64,000 bases of DNA from an uncultured Chloroflexia bacterium (GCA_963780375.1 CAWABV010000008.1:539619-603618); one strand, 5' to 3'. Shown: positions 19,392 to 29,030, counted from the stretch's first letter. Notes: generated by a model from the sequence alone, not told the origin. Translations and numbers: made by a program.

Positions 19392-21104
19392 CTAACCGAC
19401 GGGCTCGAAGACCCCGGCGGGCTCACGCACGGGTGGCGGCGGCGACACCATGTGGCGGTAGAACTCGAGCGGCTCGGGGGCGAGCGGGGTATCGCCCTTG
19501 ATCAGGTCGGCGGCCTTCTCGGCCAGCATCATCACCGGCGCATAGATGTTCGCGTTGGTGATGTAGGGCATCGACGATGCATCCACGACGCGCAACCCGG
19601 CGATGCCGTGCACCCGCATCGTGAGCGGGTCGATGACCGCCAGGTCGTCGCCACCCATCCGGGCGGTACACGATGGATGGAGTGCCGTCTCGGCGTCGCG
19701 CCCCACCCAGTCGAGGATCTGGGCGTCGGTGGACACCGCTGGGCCCGGTGATGTCTCCCCGCCGTTGAACTCGTCCATCGCCGGCTGGTTGAGGATGTGG
19801 CGAGCGACACGGATCGCCTCGACCCATTCGCGCCGGTCCTGGGCCGTCGACAGGTAGTTGAAGCGCAGCTGTGGGTGGTCGCGGGGATCGCGGCTCGTCA
19901 GGGTCAGCGTGCCGCGGGCGTCGGAGTACATCGGGCCGACGTGGACCTGGTAGCCGTGGCCCTTCGCCCCCGCAGACCCGTCGTAGCGGATCGCCAGCGG
20001 CAGGAAATGGAACATCAGGTTCGGGTACGTGACATCGTCGTTGGACCGCGCGAAACCGCCGCCCTCGAAATGGTTCGTGGCGCCCGGTCCCGAGCGAAGG
20101 AACATCCACTGGGCGCCGATGAACGGTCGCCGCCAGAGCTGCGTCGCCGACGGTTGCATCGAGACCGGGCGCAGGCTCTGGTGCTGCACGTACACCTCGA
20201 GGTGGTCCTGGAGGTCGCGCCCGACGCCGGGAAGGTCGGCCAGGACATCGATGCCGAGGTCCGCGAGCTCGGTGGCCGGTCCGATGCCCGCCAGCAACAG
20301 GAGCTGGGGGCTGTTGATCGCGCCACCGGCCAGGATCACCTCGCCGGCCGTGTAGCGATCGACGCCGCCGCGGCTCCTAGCGACCTCGACGCCGACGGCG
20401 CGGGTCCCCTCGAACAGGATCCGGGTCACGAACCGGCGGGTCCAGACCGCGAGGTTCGAGCGCTGGCGCAGGATCGGATGGAGGTAGGCGCGCGCCGCAC
20501 TCAGGCGGCGGCCTCGGTGGATATTCCGATCGAACGGCGCGAACCCCTCCTGCCTGTAGCCATTGACGTCCTCGGTCAGGGGATACCCGGCCTCCTGGGC
20601 GGCTTCGAAGAACGCCCTGAAGAGCGGGCTGGAAGCCGGGCCACGCTCGAGCACGAGCGGGCCATCGTGGCCGCGCCACGGATCGTCGGGCGCCGCGGCC
20701 AGGGCGTTCTCCATCTTCTTGAAGTACGGCAGGCAATGGGCGAAATCCCATGTCTCCATGCCCGGGTCGGCCGCCCAACGCTCGAAGTCGAGGGGGTTGC
20801 CTCGCTGGAAGATCTGGCCGTTGATGCTGGATGACCCGCCAAGCACCTTGCCCCGCGCGTGGTAGATCCGACGGCCGTGCATATGCGGCTCGTGCTCGGA
20901 CTCGTAGCGCCAATCGTAGAACCGGCTGCCGATCGGGAACGTCAGCGCGGCCGGCATGTGGATGAAGGGGTCGATCCGCCAGTCGGCGCGGCCGGCCTCG
21001 AGGACGAGGACCCGTGTCTGGGGATCCTCGGTCAGGCGGTTGGCGAGCACGGATCCGGCCGACCCGCCGCCGACGATGACGTAGTCGAACTGGGCTGTTC
21101 CCAT
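19392..21104 (-). CDS. GMC-family FAD-dependent oxidoreductase (choline/alcohol dehydrogenase-like)
   Basis: N-term [19 protein letters not shown] (FAD-binding Rossmann), GMC signature GGSSSINGQ, and a C-terminal His/Asn active-site region. Confidence 0.85.
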   Translation of the reverse strand: MGTAQFDYVIVGGGSAGSVLANRLTEDPQTRVLVLEAGRADWRIDPFIHMPAALTFPIGSRFYDWRYESEHEPHMHGRRIYHARGKVLGGSSSINGQIFQRGNPLDFERWAADPGMETWDFAHCLPYFKKMENALAAAPDDPWRGHDGPLVLERGPASSPLFRAFFEAAQEAGYPLTEDVNGYRQEGFAPFDRNIHRGRRLSAARAYLHPILRQRSNLAVWTRRFVTRILFEGTRAVGVEVARSRGGVDRYTAGEVILAGGAINSPQLLLLAGIGPATELADLGIDVLADLPGVGRDLQDHLEVYVQHQSLRPVSMQPSATQLWRRPFIGAQWMFLRSGPGATNHFEGGGFARSNDDVTYPNLMFHFLPLAIRYDGSAGAKGHGYQVHVGPMYSDARGTLTLTSRDPRDHPQLRFNYLSTAQDRREWVEAIRVARHILNQPAMDEFNGGETSPGPAVSTDAQILDWVGRDAETALHPSCTARMGGDDLAVIDPLTMRVHGIAGLRVVDASSMPYITNANIYAPVMMLAEKAADLIKGDTPLAPEPLEFYRHMVSPPPPVREPAGVFEPVG

Positions 21105-21170
21105 CGTGGGGCCGATGCTATCCGCTCTCAGGGCCTGGTTTTGCCCGTCCCGGGAAGCTCCCGCCGTGGC

Positions 21171-21598
21171 TCAGTGGCGGCGGGCATCCTCGCCGGGGAT
21201 GCCGCGCTCCGCCAGAGCGGCGGCCAGCCCCTCGGGGTCCTCGACCGTCACGTACAGCGCCGGCGTGTGGAAGACCCGCATGATCTGGACACGATCGCGG
21301 AAGTCGAAACGGACTCCGCCCTTGGGCGTGCCTCCGAACGAGAAGACGCCGTCACGCAACCCGCGGCGGATGCCGATCGCCGTGATCCAGAGCCATGGAC
21401 CCTCGATCCGCCACGACGCGATGTTGCTGACCGGCGTCCGAAGCCGCCCGTGGCCGAACCGCGCGTCGAGCTCGTCTCCGAGATCCACATGCGCGGTCTC
21501 GTCCTTGACACCGAAGAGGAGCCGTAGGAGGCCGCGCGAGCGCGGTCCGAGCTCGATCGGGAAGCGACGGACGGGCGGGTGCGCGTCAAGCCCTGTCA
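21171..21598 (-). CDS. hypothetical protein (142 aa)
   Basis: Downstream in-frame portion of the artificially long ORF 21171..22466. ATG overlaps the stop of the phosphoesterase gene (ATGA). Non-repetitive sequence. Confidence 0.5.
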
Positions 21599-22297
21599 TG
21601 CGGCTCTCGCCTCGGCTGGCGCAACGAGCTCCACGAGCGCCGAGCCGGTGACGTTGGCGACCATCGACTGGCCGAGGCTGTCGCGCCAGTCCGTCACGCT
21701 GGCGGGGGTCGTGTGGCCGTGCAGCCATAACGGTGGCTGATGGCGTTCGAGCAGCCAGCGATAGCCGGCATAGCCGACGTGGTACGGGTCGGCCGCCGCG
21801 TCGCCCACGCCACGCGGTGGCGCGTGGCTGACGACGAGGATCGGCGACGAGCGCGTCCTCGGGCCGCGTCGGATGAGTCCGACCTCGGCGCGCAACACAT
21901 CGAGCCACGCGCGGAGCTCGTCCCGCGGCGCCTGATCGTGGCCGAGGCCCGGCCACTCGAGCGGGACGACCGTGATGCCTCCCACATCGATCAGCCGCCC
22001 GCTCGCAAGTGGGGTCGGCGCCGGCGCCGGGGTGCCGGCCCACGGCCCGCCCCGGTCGTGGTTGCCGCGGACGTAGGCGACCGGCGCGTGGAATGCGTCG
22101 CCGAGAAAACCCAGGTAGTCGGGTTCGAGGTCGCCGCAACCGATCACCGCGTCGACATGGCCGAGCTGCTCGCGGTTGAGCGCGTGATCCAGCGTCGGGT
22201 CCGGCGCATCCGACGCAGCGAGGATGCGGATCGGGGAGCCGCCACGTTCCGCGAACGGGCGCGGGTCGGGCCACTCCACCGTGAGCCGTCGCGTCAC
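21596..22297 (-). CDS. calcineurin-like metallophosphoesterase
   Basis: Motifs ILAASDAP, GCGDL, VRGNHD and GHTT are the phosphoesterase metal-binding signatures. GTG start overlaps the stop of the upstream ParB-like gene (GTGA). Confidence 0.65.
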   Translation of the reverse strand: MTRRLTVEWPDPRPFAERGGSPIRILAASDAPDPTLDHALNREQLGHVDAVIGCGDLEPDYLGFLGDAFHAPVAYVRGNHDRGGPWAGTPAPAPTPLASGRLIDVGGITVVPLEWPGLGHDQAPRDELRAWLDVLRAEVGLIRRGPRTRSSPILVVSHAPPRGVGDAAADPYHVGYAGYRWLLERHQPPLWLHGHTTPASVTDWRDSLGQSMVANVTGSALVELVAPAEARAA

Positions 22298-23022
22298 GAT
22301 GCGTCCCGATCCGGACCGAGCCGATCCTCGTGGGCCAACGCCCCACTGGCAGGGCGGCCTTCCGCGCGTGTGCGCAGCGTGCGCGATCCGGACAAGGTCG
22401 AAGCGAGCTCGACCACGGGCTCCGTGCGCCGCTCGCCGGGCGGCACCAACTCGACGATCGTGGCATCGATCTCGGGCTGGCCGTTGTACAGGGCGCTGGC
22501 GACGCGGTTGTGACCGTCGATGACCCAGTAGCGCCCTCCGTGCTTGACGACCTCGATGGGCGGCAGGATCGCGAGCTCGTTCTGTGCGTGGTTCAGGCGC
22601 TGCCAGCGACCCGCCCAATTCCGGCCGCGGAACGGCTTGAGTGGGAGGAAGTCGCCGCCTCGCTGATCTCCGCCTCCGACCGCGGTGCCGGCGATCGCGT
22701 CGACCGGGATCGTCCGCAGGCCGACCTGGACGGGATGCGCCAGACGCACATCCGGATGAGTCTCGTTGAGGTACGGCAGCGGGTTCGCCGCTCGGCGTCG
22801 GACGCGTCTGATGCGCATCCCCGGGCGCTCGCCGAGCGAGCGCTCGACGCCTTCGACCGCCTCGCCGATGCGCCCGACGAGCGGCTCAGCCGCCGCGGCC
22901 ACGGACGCCAGGGCGTCTCGTGCCGGTCCGGCGACACGCCGGATGCCGGCACGGCCCTCCTCGGGAGCCGGCGCGGGAGACTCCCTTTCGTCATCGTCGG
23001 TCACCCGACGAGTGTGCCCCAT
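22294..23022 (-). CDS. ParB/sulfiredoxin-fold (ParB N-terminal-like) domain protein
   Basis: TIPVDAI...LPPIEVVKHGGRYWVIDGHNRVASA resembles the ParB/Srx nucleotide-binding fold. N-terminal region is charged and low-complexity, so the start is uncertain. Confidence 0.5.
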   Translation of the reverse strand: MGHTRRVTDDDERESPAPAPEEGRAGIRRVAGPARDALASVAAAAEPLVGRIGEAVEGVERSLGERPGMRIRRVRRRAANPLPYLNETHPDVRLAHPVQVGLRTIPVDAIAGTAVGGGDQRGGDFLPLKPFRGRNWAGRWQRLNHAQNELAILPPIEVVKHGGRYWVIDGHNRVASALYNGQPEIDATIVELVPPGERRTEPVVELASTLSGSRTLRTRAEGRPASGALAHEDRLGPDRDAS

Positions 23023-23075
23023 CGCTGCCGCCGCGTCGTTCGCGAACCCCGGCCGGCGACACGCGGTCCCCGACG

Positions 23076-23354
23076 TCAGATGTGGCCGACCGGCCACATC
23101 GAGACCGCGATGTGGTCCGCCGATCGGTCGGAGCGTCTCCCCAAGGGCAGGAACTCGGCTCGCACCCGGAGCGAGCGTGCGACGCGCTGCACAGCGTCAG
23201 ACATGGATGCCAAGGTATCGACGCGATCGAGCTCCGCCGTCATCACCTCGCAGAACGAGGGTATGCCGTCACGACCGGCTGAGTCGGGGTTGTAGAACGC
23301 CACCCCCTGATAGCCCTCGTGCGGCCAGGGGATAGTGCAGAAGGGGTCCGGCAC
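23076..23354 (-). CDS. small hypothetical protein (92 aa)
   Basis: High GC3, non-repetitive sequence. Lies immediately upstream on the same strand as the ParB-like gene. Confidence 0.35.
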   Translation of the reverse strand: MPDPFCTIPWPHEGYQGVAFYNPDSAGRDGIPSFCEVMTAELDRVDTLASMSDAVQRVARSLRVRAEFLPLGRRSDRSADHIAVSMWPVGHI

Positions 23355-23536
23355 GGGTCGGGCCTCCCAGTTCGGGACATGGATCCAAGGCTCTAGGGCG
23401 CCCGGACATCGCGGCTGGGCCGAGGCCGCTGGCGAGTCGGGTGCGATCCCTAGGCTGATGCGCCGGCAGCCCCGCGTTCAGGCCGCTCCGCGGACCCGGG
23501 GAGAGCCGATCGGCGAGTCAGATCGCTCGGAGCCTG

Positions 23537-24460
23537 CTAACCGCCCGTCGCCGGAAACTGGCCGGTCACCACGGCGATGACGAGAGCGCCGACGAGAACG
23601 ACCACCAGCAGGACAGCGGCGATGATCGTCGCGCGATCGGCCCACCTCCTCGTGCCGGGCGTCGGCCCCTGCTGTTCCTCATCGGCCGGTGCTGCCTCCG
23701 ACATGAGGTCGGCGGGTGCTGCCTCCGAGGTGAGGTCGGCCGGTGCTGCGTCGGACTTGACGTCCGTCGCGTGAACAGGCTCGCTCTCGGCCGCAGATTC
23801 GCCGATCGGCGGCCGTATGAGGCCGGGGTCCATGACGCCGACCATATCCGCCGCATGGGGCGCGGGATCCGATGCCGACTCGGTACGCGCCAACTCGGCG
23901 ATCGCCTCGGCCCGCGCCGCCGACGCGATCTCTTCGACGCGAGGCGGCTCCGGCAGCGACCGCGCCAAGCGGGCGATCTCCGTCGGGTCCCGCTCATCCG
24001 ACAGGCGTCCGACGAAGCGGCCCAGCTCGGTCTGATATTCCTCGACCGCGGACCTGGCGCCGGAGATCTCGCGCTCGACGACTTCGGAATGTTGGCGCAG
24101 GTGCCGATCGAGGTCCTCCCGCCGCTCGGCGATCCGGGTCTCCGTCTCCCGGCCGAGTCGCTCGGTCTCGGCGGCGGCCGACTCGCGCATCCGGCGCACA
24201 TCCTCCTCGGCGAGGCGCCGGAGTTCATCGGCTTCGGTCGACGCGCGCTCCCGGATGCGTTCGACATGGGCGTCGAGGCTGTCGGTCGTCTCCGCCGCGA
24301 TCCGCTCGCGCTCACGGTCGACGGCCGACTGCATGCCGTTCGCGATCTCGCCAAGGAACGAGGGGAGACGACCGCCTCTGTCTGGGAGTGACTCGATCCC
24401 ACTCTCAGGCTCGTCGATCGCCGGGGCGATCGTGTCCGGATCCGTCGTCATGTGTTGCAT
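23537..24460 (-). CDS. tail-anchored membrane protein with a long charged coiled-coil region and short acidic AAPADL repeats
   Basis: E/R-rich heptad-like region (ERERIAAETT...RLAEEDVRRMRE...). Triplicated EAAPADL(T/M)S motif near the C-terminus, then a single TM helix (IIAAVLLVVVLVGALVIAVV). Confidence 0.6.
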   Translation of the reverse strand: MQHMTTDPDTIAPAIDEPESGIESLPDRGGRLPSFLGEIANGMQSAVDRERERIAAETTDSLDAHVERIRERASTEADELRRLAEEDVRRMRESAAAETERLGRETETRIAERREDLDRHLRQHSEVVEREISGARSAVEEYQTELGRFVGRLSDERDPTEIARLARSLPEPPRVEEIASAARAEAIAELARTESASDPAPHAADMVGVMDPGLIRPPIGESAAESEPVHATDVKSDAAPADLTSEAAPADLMSEAAPADEEQQGPTPGTRRWADRATIIAAVLLVVVLVGALVIAVVTGQFPATGG

Positions 24461-24852
24461 CTGTCCAGTCCCCGAGACTGCACGCGCGCGTCGGCGATGC
24501 TACGCGTGCATGATGCGTATAGGCAACACCTATGGACAAAGCGCGGTGCGAACAGGAACCGCAGCGAGGCGTCTCGTGCATGGGCCTCGACGGCGAGCGA
24601 CACGGGTAAGGAATCCGCCCGGCTCGTCTTCCCGTGCGGTGCCGCGGGCGGTCGCACTGGGCGGCGATGCAGGATTCGCCTACGATGTGCGTTGCCTGTA
24701 CGCTCGTGGGCCCGTCCCTGCCGATGATGCCAAGGGGGCGCCACTCAGCACGATCCTGCCCGATGCGGGGAACCCTCCAGGAATGGATCTGAGCTGCTCG
24801 ACCCGGCAGCGCGGGATGTCGCATCGGCCTGGATCGAGGAAAGGGAAGATCG

Positions 24853-25314
24853 ATGACAGAGCGATCGCTCGACGAACTGGGGCCTGTCGACTACCTGGTC
24901 GTGGAGTTCCCCGCGGGACAGCAAAACTTCACGGGCGAGGGCGTGAACGAGCTACTGCGACTGCACGATAGTGGGATCATCCGAGTCATGGACGTGATCC
25001 TCATCGGCAAGGGCGAGGACGGGACCGTCATGGCCCAGGAGCTTGGCGATCTCGAGGACATGGGCGAGCTCGCCCGCATCGAGACTGAGCTGGCCGAGAC
25101 GCTGGCCGAGGCCGACGTCCTGCACTTCGGTGGGTACATGGCGCCCGGAAGCTTGGGTGCCGTGCTGGTCTACGAGAACCTGTGGGCAGCCGCGTTCGGA
25201 TCCGCGCTGCGCCATGCCGGCGGCCAGCTGATCGCCAACGGCCGGATCCCCGTCCAGGCCATCATCGCCGCCGTCGAGGCGGACGAGGCCGCCCTCGCGG
25301 CCGAAGGAGTCTGA
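24853..25314 (+). CDS. conserved hypothetical protein (actinobacterial DUF; stress-protein-like)
   Basis: 153 aa with balanced composition. Has an upstream divergent intergenic region, and is followed 2 nt later by a small ORF and a strong hairpin. Confidence 0.6.
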   Translation: MTERSLDELGPVDYLVVEFPAGQQNFTGEGVNELLRLHDSGIIRVMDVILIGKGEDGTVMAQELGDLEDMGELARIETELAETLAEADVLHFGGYMAPGSLGAVLVYENLWAAAFGSALRHAGGQLIANGRIPVQAIIAAVEADEAALAAEGV

Positions 25315-25316
25315 TC

Positions 25317-25547
25317 ATGCCGCTCCGACACTCGCGAATGGGACGTGCCGCGGTCGTCGCCGGGGCGGTGACGCCCGGCCCGTCGCCGGTCGCCAAGGCC
25401 GCCGTCGTGGGCTCCGCCATGGGACCCGGCCCGTCGCCCGTCGCCAAAGCCGCCGTCGTGGGCTCCGCCATGGGACCCGGCCGCTCGCCGGTGGCCAAGG
25501 CCGCCGTCGTGGGCGCCGCGGTCACGCCGGGCCGCCGGCGGTTCTAG
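25317..25547 (+). CDS. small repeat protein (76 aa) containing three tandem 17-aa units [17 protein letters not shown]
   Basis: ATG 2 nt after the preceding stop. Followed by an 11-bp-stem hairpin. Two antisense ORFs also span the repeat, so the coding strand is not certain. Confidence 0.35.
   Translation: MPLRHSRMGRAAVVAGAVTPGPSPVAKAAVVGSAMGPGPSPVAKAAVVGSAMGPGRSPVAKAAVVGAAVTPGRRRF
25374..25526. repeat. 51-bp tandem direct repeat, 3 copies (about 90% identical)
   Basis: cccggcccgtcgccggtcgccaaggccgccgtcgtgggctccgccatgggac recurs at 25374, 25425 and 25476. Confidence 0.8.
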
Positions 25548-25557
25548 ACACGCCTCC

Positions 25558-25582
25558 CGACGGCTGCTGATGCAGCCGTCGG
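25558..25582. terminator. hairpin ccgacggctgc-tgat-gcagccgtcgg (11-bp perfect stem, 4-nt loop) between the repeat ORF and tRNA-Pro
   Basis: Seen directly. Positioned 10 nt after the TAG of the 25317..25547 ORF and about 60 nt from the 3' end of the minus-strand tRNA. Confidence 0.45.
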
Positions 25583-25641
25583 CACCCAGGACCCGGGAGC
25601 GCGAGCGGTGCTGGCCGCGCACATGCTGGAACGGATGTTCG

Positions 25642-25718
<77 letters not shown>

Positions 25719-25815
25719 ACCGAGGTGCTCGTTTGACAGAGCCTGGAGATGATAGCAAAGAGCCCGGCGGGGCGGCCGACGCCGCCCCGCCGGGCCCGAT
25801 CCCCAGGCTCCTGAT

Positions 25816-26811
25816 CTAGTTCGGGGTCAGCCAGACCGGGTAGTCCCGGATGTCCTCCGGGCTGCCGTCCACGGCCGACCCGAAGTACACCCGCAGCGTC
25901 CCCCACTGCGCCTTCGCGACGTCGTACCGCAACGTGACGTCGAACGTGCCCCGGCAGCCGGTGCCGCAGGTGGCCATCGTCATCTGGTCGACGAGGACCT
26001 TGCGCGAGGCATCGAGGAGAGCGACCCGGAACGTCGCCTCGAACACGTTGGCGTTACCGCTGATCCGGGCCGGGTTGTTGGCCGCGGCGCCGAACGCGGG
26101 CCGGTCCACGAAGATCGATGGCAGCAGGTCGTCGAAGTCCTTCCGCGTCTGCGGTCCGTCGAGGACGATCCCCTCCGAACCGAACGTCGTGACGGTGCGG
26201 CCCTCGACCTGGAAGAGGACGGCACGCACCGTCGAGAACTGCGTCAGCGTGTAGACGACCTGGGCGAGCCGGTACTTGGCCGAGGCGCTGCCGCCACCCA
26301 ATTCGAACTCGCTCGACAGGTCGACGGTGGCGACACCGTTCTTGATCGAGATCCCGAGTAGCTTGGATCCCACCGGGATCGCTGTCGAGAGCTGGCTGTA
26401 CTGGTCGAGGATCTGGTCCGAGTCGAGCAGCGCGTTCAGCGCGGCTCGTGCCACGCCCGCGGTCTTCGGCACGACGCGCAGGGTCGGCGCGACGCCCTCG
26501 ACGCCGGGCGCACCATCGAGGACGTAGTACGCCCGGACGATCATCGTCACGCCCGACGTCGTCGGGGACGGCGACCCGGCGGGGGACGCCGTCGGTGGGA
26601 TCGACGGCGAGACCGAGGGACCCGACGGTGACGCTGACGGCGAGGGAGGGATCGACGGGGTCTCGTCCGACGGCCCGGACGCGACGGACGCGGTCGGGGT
26701 GGGGGCCACGGTCGGTACCTCGCCGAGGCCGCCCGATGTGGTGCACGCGGCGGCGATGATGAGCAGACCGGCGAGAGCCGGGATCAGGAAGCGGTGACGG
26801 GGCGCGGTCAT
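25816..26811 (-). CDS. GerMN-domain lipoprotein (LpqB-like, short form)
   Basis: Lipobox LLIIAAACTTS, a long Pro/Ser-rich linker, then a GerMN-like domain. Lies directly downstream of the HK/RR pair, as LpqB does with MtrAB. The 640-aa ORF in the track is an upstream extension in R-rich junk. Confidence 0.7.
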   Translation of the reverse strand: MTAPRHRFLIPALAGLLIIAAACTTSGGLGEVPTVAPTPTASVASGPSDETPSIPPSPSASPSGPSVSPSIPPTASPAGSPSPTTSGVTMIVRAYYVLDGAPGVEGVAPTLRVVPKTAGVARAALNALLDSDQILDQYSQLSTAIPVGSKLLGISIKNGVATVDLSSEFELGGGSASAKYRLAQVVYTLTQFSTVRAVLFQVEGRTVTTFGSEGIVLDGPQTRKDFDDLLPSIFVDRPAFGAAANNPARISGNANVFEATFRVALLDASRKVLVDQMTMATCGTGCRGTFDVTLRYDVAKAQWGTLRVYFGSAVDGSPEDIRDYPVWLTPN

Positions 26812-26858
26812 GGCGGATGGGCTCCGGATGCGGTGATCAGGGCCCGATCGTCGCTCCG

Positions 26859-28295
26859 CTATGTCGCAGACGCATCGCCCGAACGTAACGATCGAGCAAC
26901 GTCCTTCGGCAGGACCAGCTCGAGCCTGAGGCCACCGCCGTCCCGGTTCATCGCCTGGAGATAGCCGCCCATCAACGCCGCGTGCTCGGCGGCGATCGCC
27001 AGCCCGAGCCCCGAGCTGCCATCGGACCGTGACGGATCGACCTTGGTGAAACGGTCGAAGATCATGTCCAGCCGGTCCTCCGGCACGCCCGGGCCGCGAT
27101 CCAACACAGCGATGACGATCTCGTCGGCACGCGACGTATCTAGCTCGACCTGGACGTCCTTGTCCCCGGCGTGCTCTCGCGCGTTGTCGAGGAAGTTGCC
27201 GAGGATCCGCTCCAGCCGCCGGGGATCGGCATCGATCGTGACCGGCTTCGGCGGCGTGGCGAAGGTCGCCCCCGGCGAGCGTGCTGCCCGGATGCTCTCG
27301 ATGAGCTTCCCGAGATCGACTGGTTCGAGTGCGACCACCTCGGCGTCCGCATCGAACCGGGACAGCTCCATCAGCTCCTCGACGAGGTCCCGCAGGCGGC
27401 CCACGTCGTCGACCAGCAGCTCGGCCGCGCGTCGCGTCTCGGGTGGCATCTGCTCGACGTGCTCGCGAAGGATCGATGCCTCCGCGACGAGCGCGGTCAG
27501 CGGCGTCCGCAGTTCGTGCGACACGTCCGCGACGAAGCGCCGGTTCTGGTTCTGCGCCGCTTCGAGTCGGCGGATCGACTCGGCGAGCGTGTCGGTCATC
27601 CGGTTGAACCGGTCGGCCCAGACCCCGAACTCGTCGTGGGACGTCACCGGGACGCGGGCGAGCAGGTCGCCGCGCTCGATCCGCTCGGCCGTGCGGCCCG
27701 CCTCCTCGATCGGTGAGAGGATCCCCCGGGCCAGCCACCGGGCGACCAGCACGGCGAGGATCACCAGCACGATCGTGCCACCCAGCAGGACAACACGGAG
27801 CTGTCCCACGGCCGCATCGATCTCGGCCACGTTCCGCACGAAATAGACTGCCAGGTCGCCGCCGGGTGCGAGACCGCCGACGACGAGCGAGGGCTGGCCG
27901 GCGACATCGAGCCAGGCGTAAGCGAGCTCGCCGCGACTGACGCGCGCCGGGACGTCTGGCGGCAATCGCTCGAGCAGGTCGGACAGCGCGTCGCTCGATT
28001 TCACGCTCTCGTCCGCGCCCAGGTCGATGACCGATTCGACATCGCGGCGCCGGAAGGTATCGGTCAGCCCGCTCCGGATCACGTCGTCGAGCGTCGGTTC
28101 ATCCGGGAGCTGCCGGCCCGGGACGGTGACGGTGAGATCGAACGTGGCCTGGGCGGCCGCGTCGGCCAGTGCCTGCTGGCGAAGGCGCGCCTCGACGAAA
28201 ACGGTGGTCGTGACGCCCAGGGCGACCGCCGTGACCGCCACGAGGAGGACGAGTGCCCCGGCCAATCGTGCCCGGACACCTCGGGGCCAGCGCAT
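26859..28295 (-). CDS. sensor histidine kinase (MtrB-like: TM-periplasmic-TM-HAMP-HisKA-HATPase)
   Basis: N-terminal TM helix, HAMP region, H-box SHELRTPLTAL, and N/G boxes (LGNFLDNAREHA, DRGPGVP, GSSGLGLAIA). Confidence 0.85.
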   Translation of the reverse strand: MRWPRGVRARLAGALVLLVAVTAVALGVTTTVFVEARLRQQALADAAAQATFDLTVTVPGRQLPDEPTLDDVIRSGLTDTFRRRDVESVIDLGADESVKSSDALSDLLERLPPDVPARVSRGELAYAWLDVAGQPSLVVGGLAPGGDLAVYFVRNVAEIDAAVGQLRVVLLGGTIVLVILAVLVARWLARGILSPIEEAGRTAERIERGDLLARVPVTSHDEFGVWADRFNRMTDTLAESIRRLEAAQNQNRRFVADVSHELRTPLTALVAEASILREHVEQMPPETRRAAELLVDDVGRLRDLVEELMELSRFDADAEVVALEPVDLGKLIESIRAARSPGATFATPPKPVTIDADPRRLERILGNFLDNAREHAGDKDVQVELDTSRADEIVIAVLDRGPGVPEDRLDMIFDRFTKVDPSRSDGSSGLGLAIAAEHAALMGGYLQAMNRDGGGLRLELVLPKDVARSLRSGDASAT

Positions 28296-28304
28296 GCTCC
28301 CCTC

Positions 28305-29015
28305 CTAGCGTGCGGCCTTGTAGCCCGCCCCGCGGACCGTGAGGATCAGCTCGGGCGCGCCCGGATCAGACTCGATCTTGGCACGCAGCCGTCCGACCGC
28401 GACATCGACGAGTCGCGAATCGCCGAGGTAGTCGTAGCCCCAGATCCGGTCGAGCAAGGTGTCTCGGGGAAGCACTTGCCCGGGGTGCCGCGCGAGGTCC
28501 ACGAGGAGGTCGAACTCGGTCCGGGTCAGCGCGATCTCGTCCGTGCTGCCGTCTCGCGTCACGCTCCGTCCCGGAACGTCGATCACGAGCGGGCCGAGGC
28601 GCAGCGGCGCTTCATCGGCCGGCGCGGCCGCACCGTCCTCACGCCGCGGGCCTGACCCTCGACGGAGGGCAGCCCGCACGCGCGCGACCAGCTCGGGCAC
28701 CTCGAACGGCTTCCGAACGTAGTCGTCCGCGCCGGCCTCGAGCCCGACGACGACATCGATGGTGTCGGCGCGGGCCGTCAGCATGACGATCGGCACCGTC
28801 GAGGTCCGGCGGATCTCGCGAGCGACCTCGAGACCGTCCATCCGCGGCAGCATCACGTCGAGCAGCACGAGGTCGACGTCGCTCGCCTCGAAGCGCTCGA
28901 GTCCGGCGCGGCCGTCGTCGGCAGTGTCGACCGTGAAGCCGGCGTTGCGCAGCCCGATCGCCGTGACCTCGCGGATCGACGGGTCGTCCTCGACGAGCAG
29001 GATCCTGGCGTCCAC
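28305..29015 (-). CDS. OmpR-family response regulator (MtrA-like)
   Basis: Receiver domain (ILLVEDDPSIRE, DLVLLDVMLP, conserved KPF) and a winged-helix C-terminal domain (LTRTEFDLLVDLARHPGQVLPRDTLLDRIWG). Confidence 0.9.
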   Translation of the reverse strand: MDARILLVEDDPSIREVTAIGLRNAGFTVDTADDGRAGLERFEASDVDLVLLDVMLPRMDGLEVAREIRRTSTVPIVMLTARADTIDVVVGLEAGADDYVRKPFEVPELVARVRAALRRGSGPRREDGAAAPADEAPLRLGPLVIDVPGRSVTRDGSTDEIALTRTEFDLLVDLARHPGQVLPRDTLLDRIWGYDYLGDSRLVDVAVGRLRAKIESDPGAPELILTVRGAGYKAAR

Positions 29016-29030
29016 GCCGCGGAGTATGCC

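Noticed and set aside
17798-19426. 542-aa minus-strand ORF inside the rhamnosidase gene
   Set aside because: Antisense artefact, R/G/D-rich with no motifs.
21171-22466. 431-aa and 340-aa long ORFs in the track across 21171..22618
   Set aside because: They fuse separate genes through upstream junk translation. Motif-bearing regions and 4-nt overlaps at internal start codons indicate three shorter genes.
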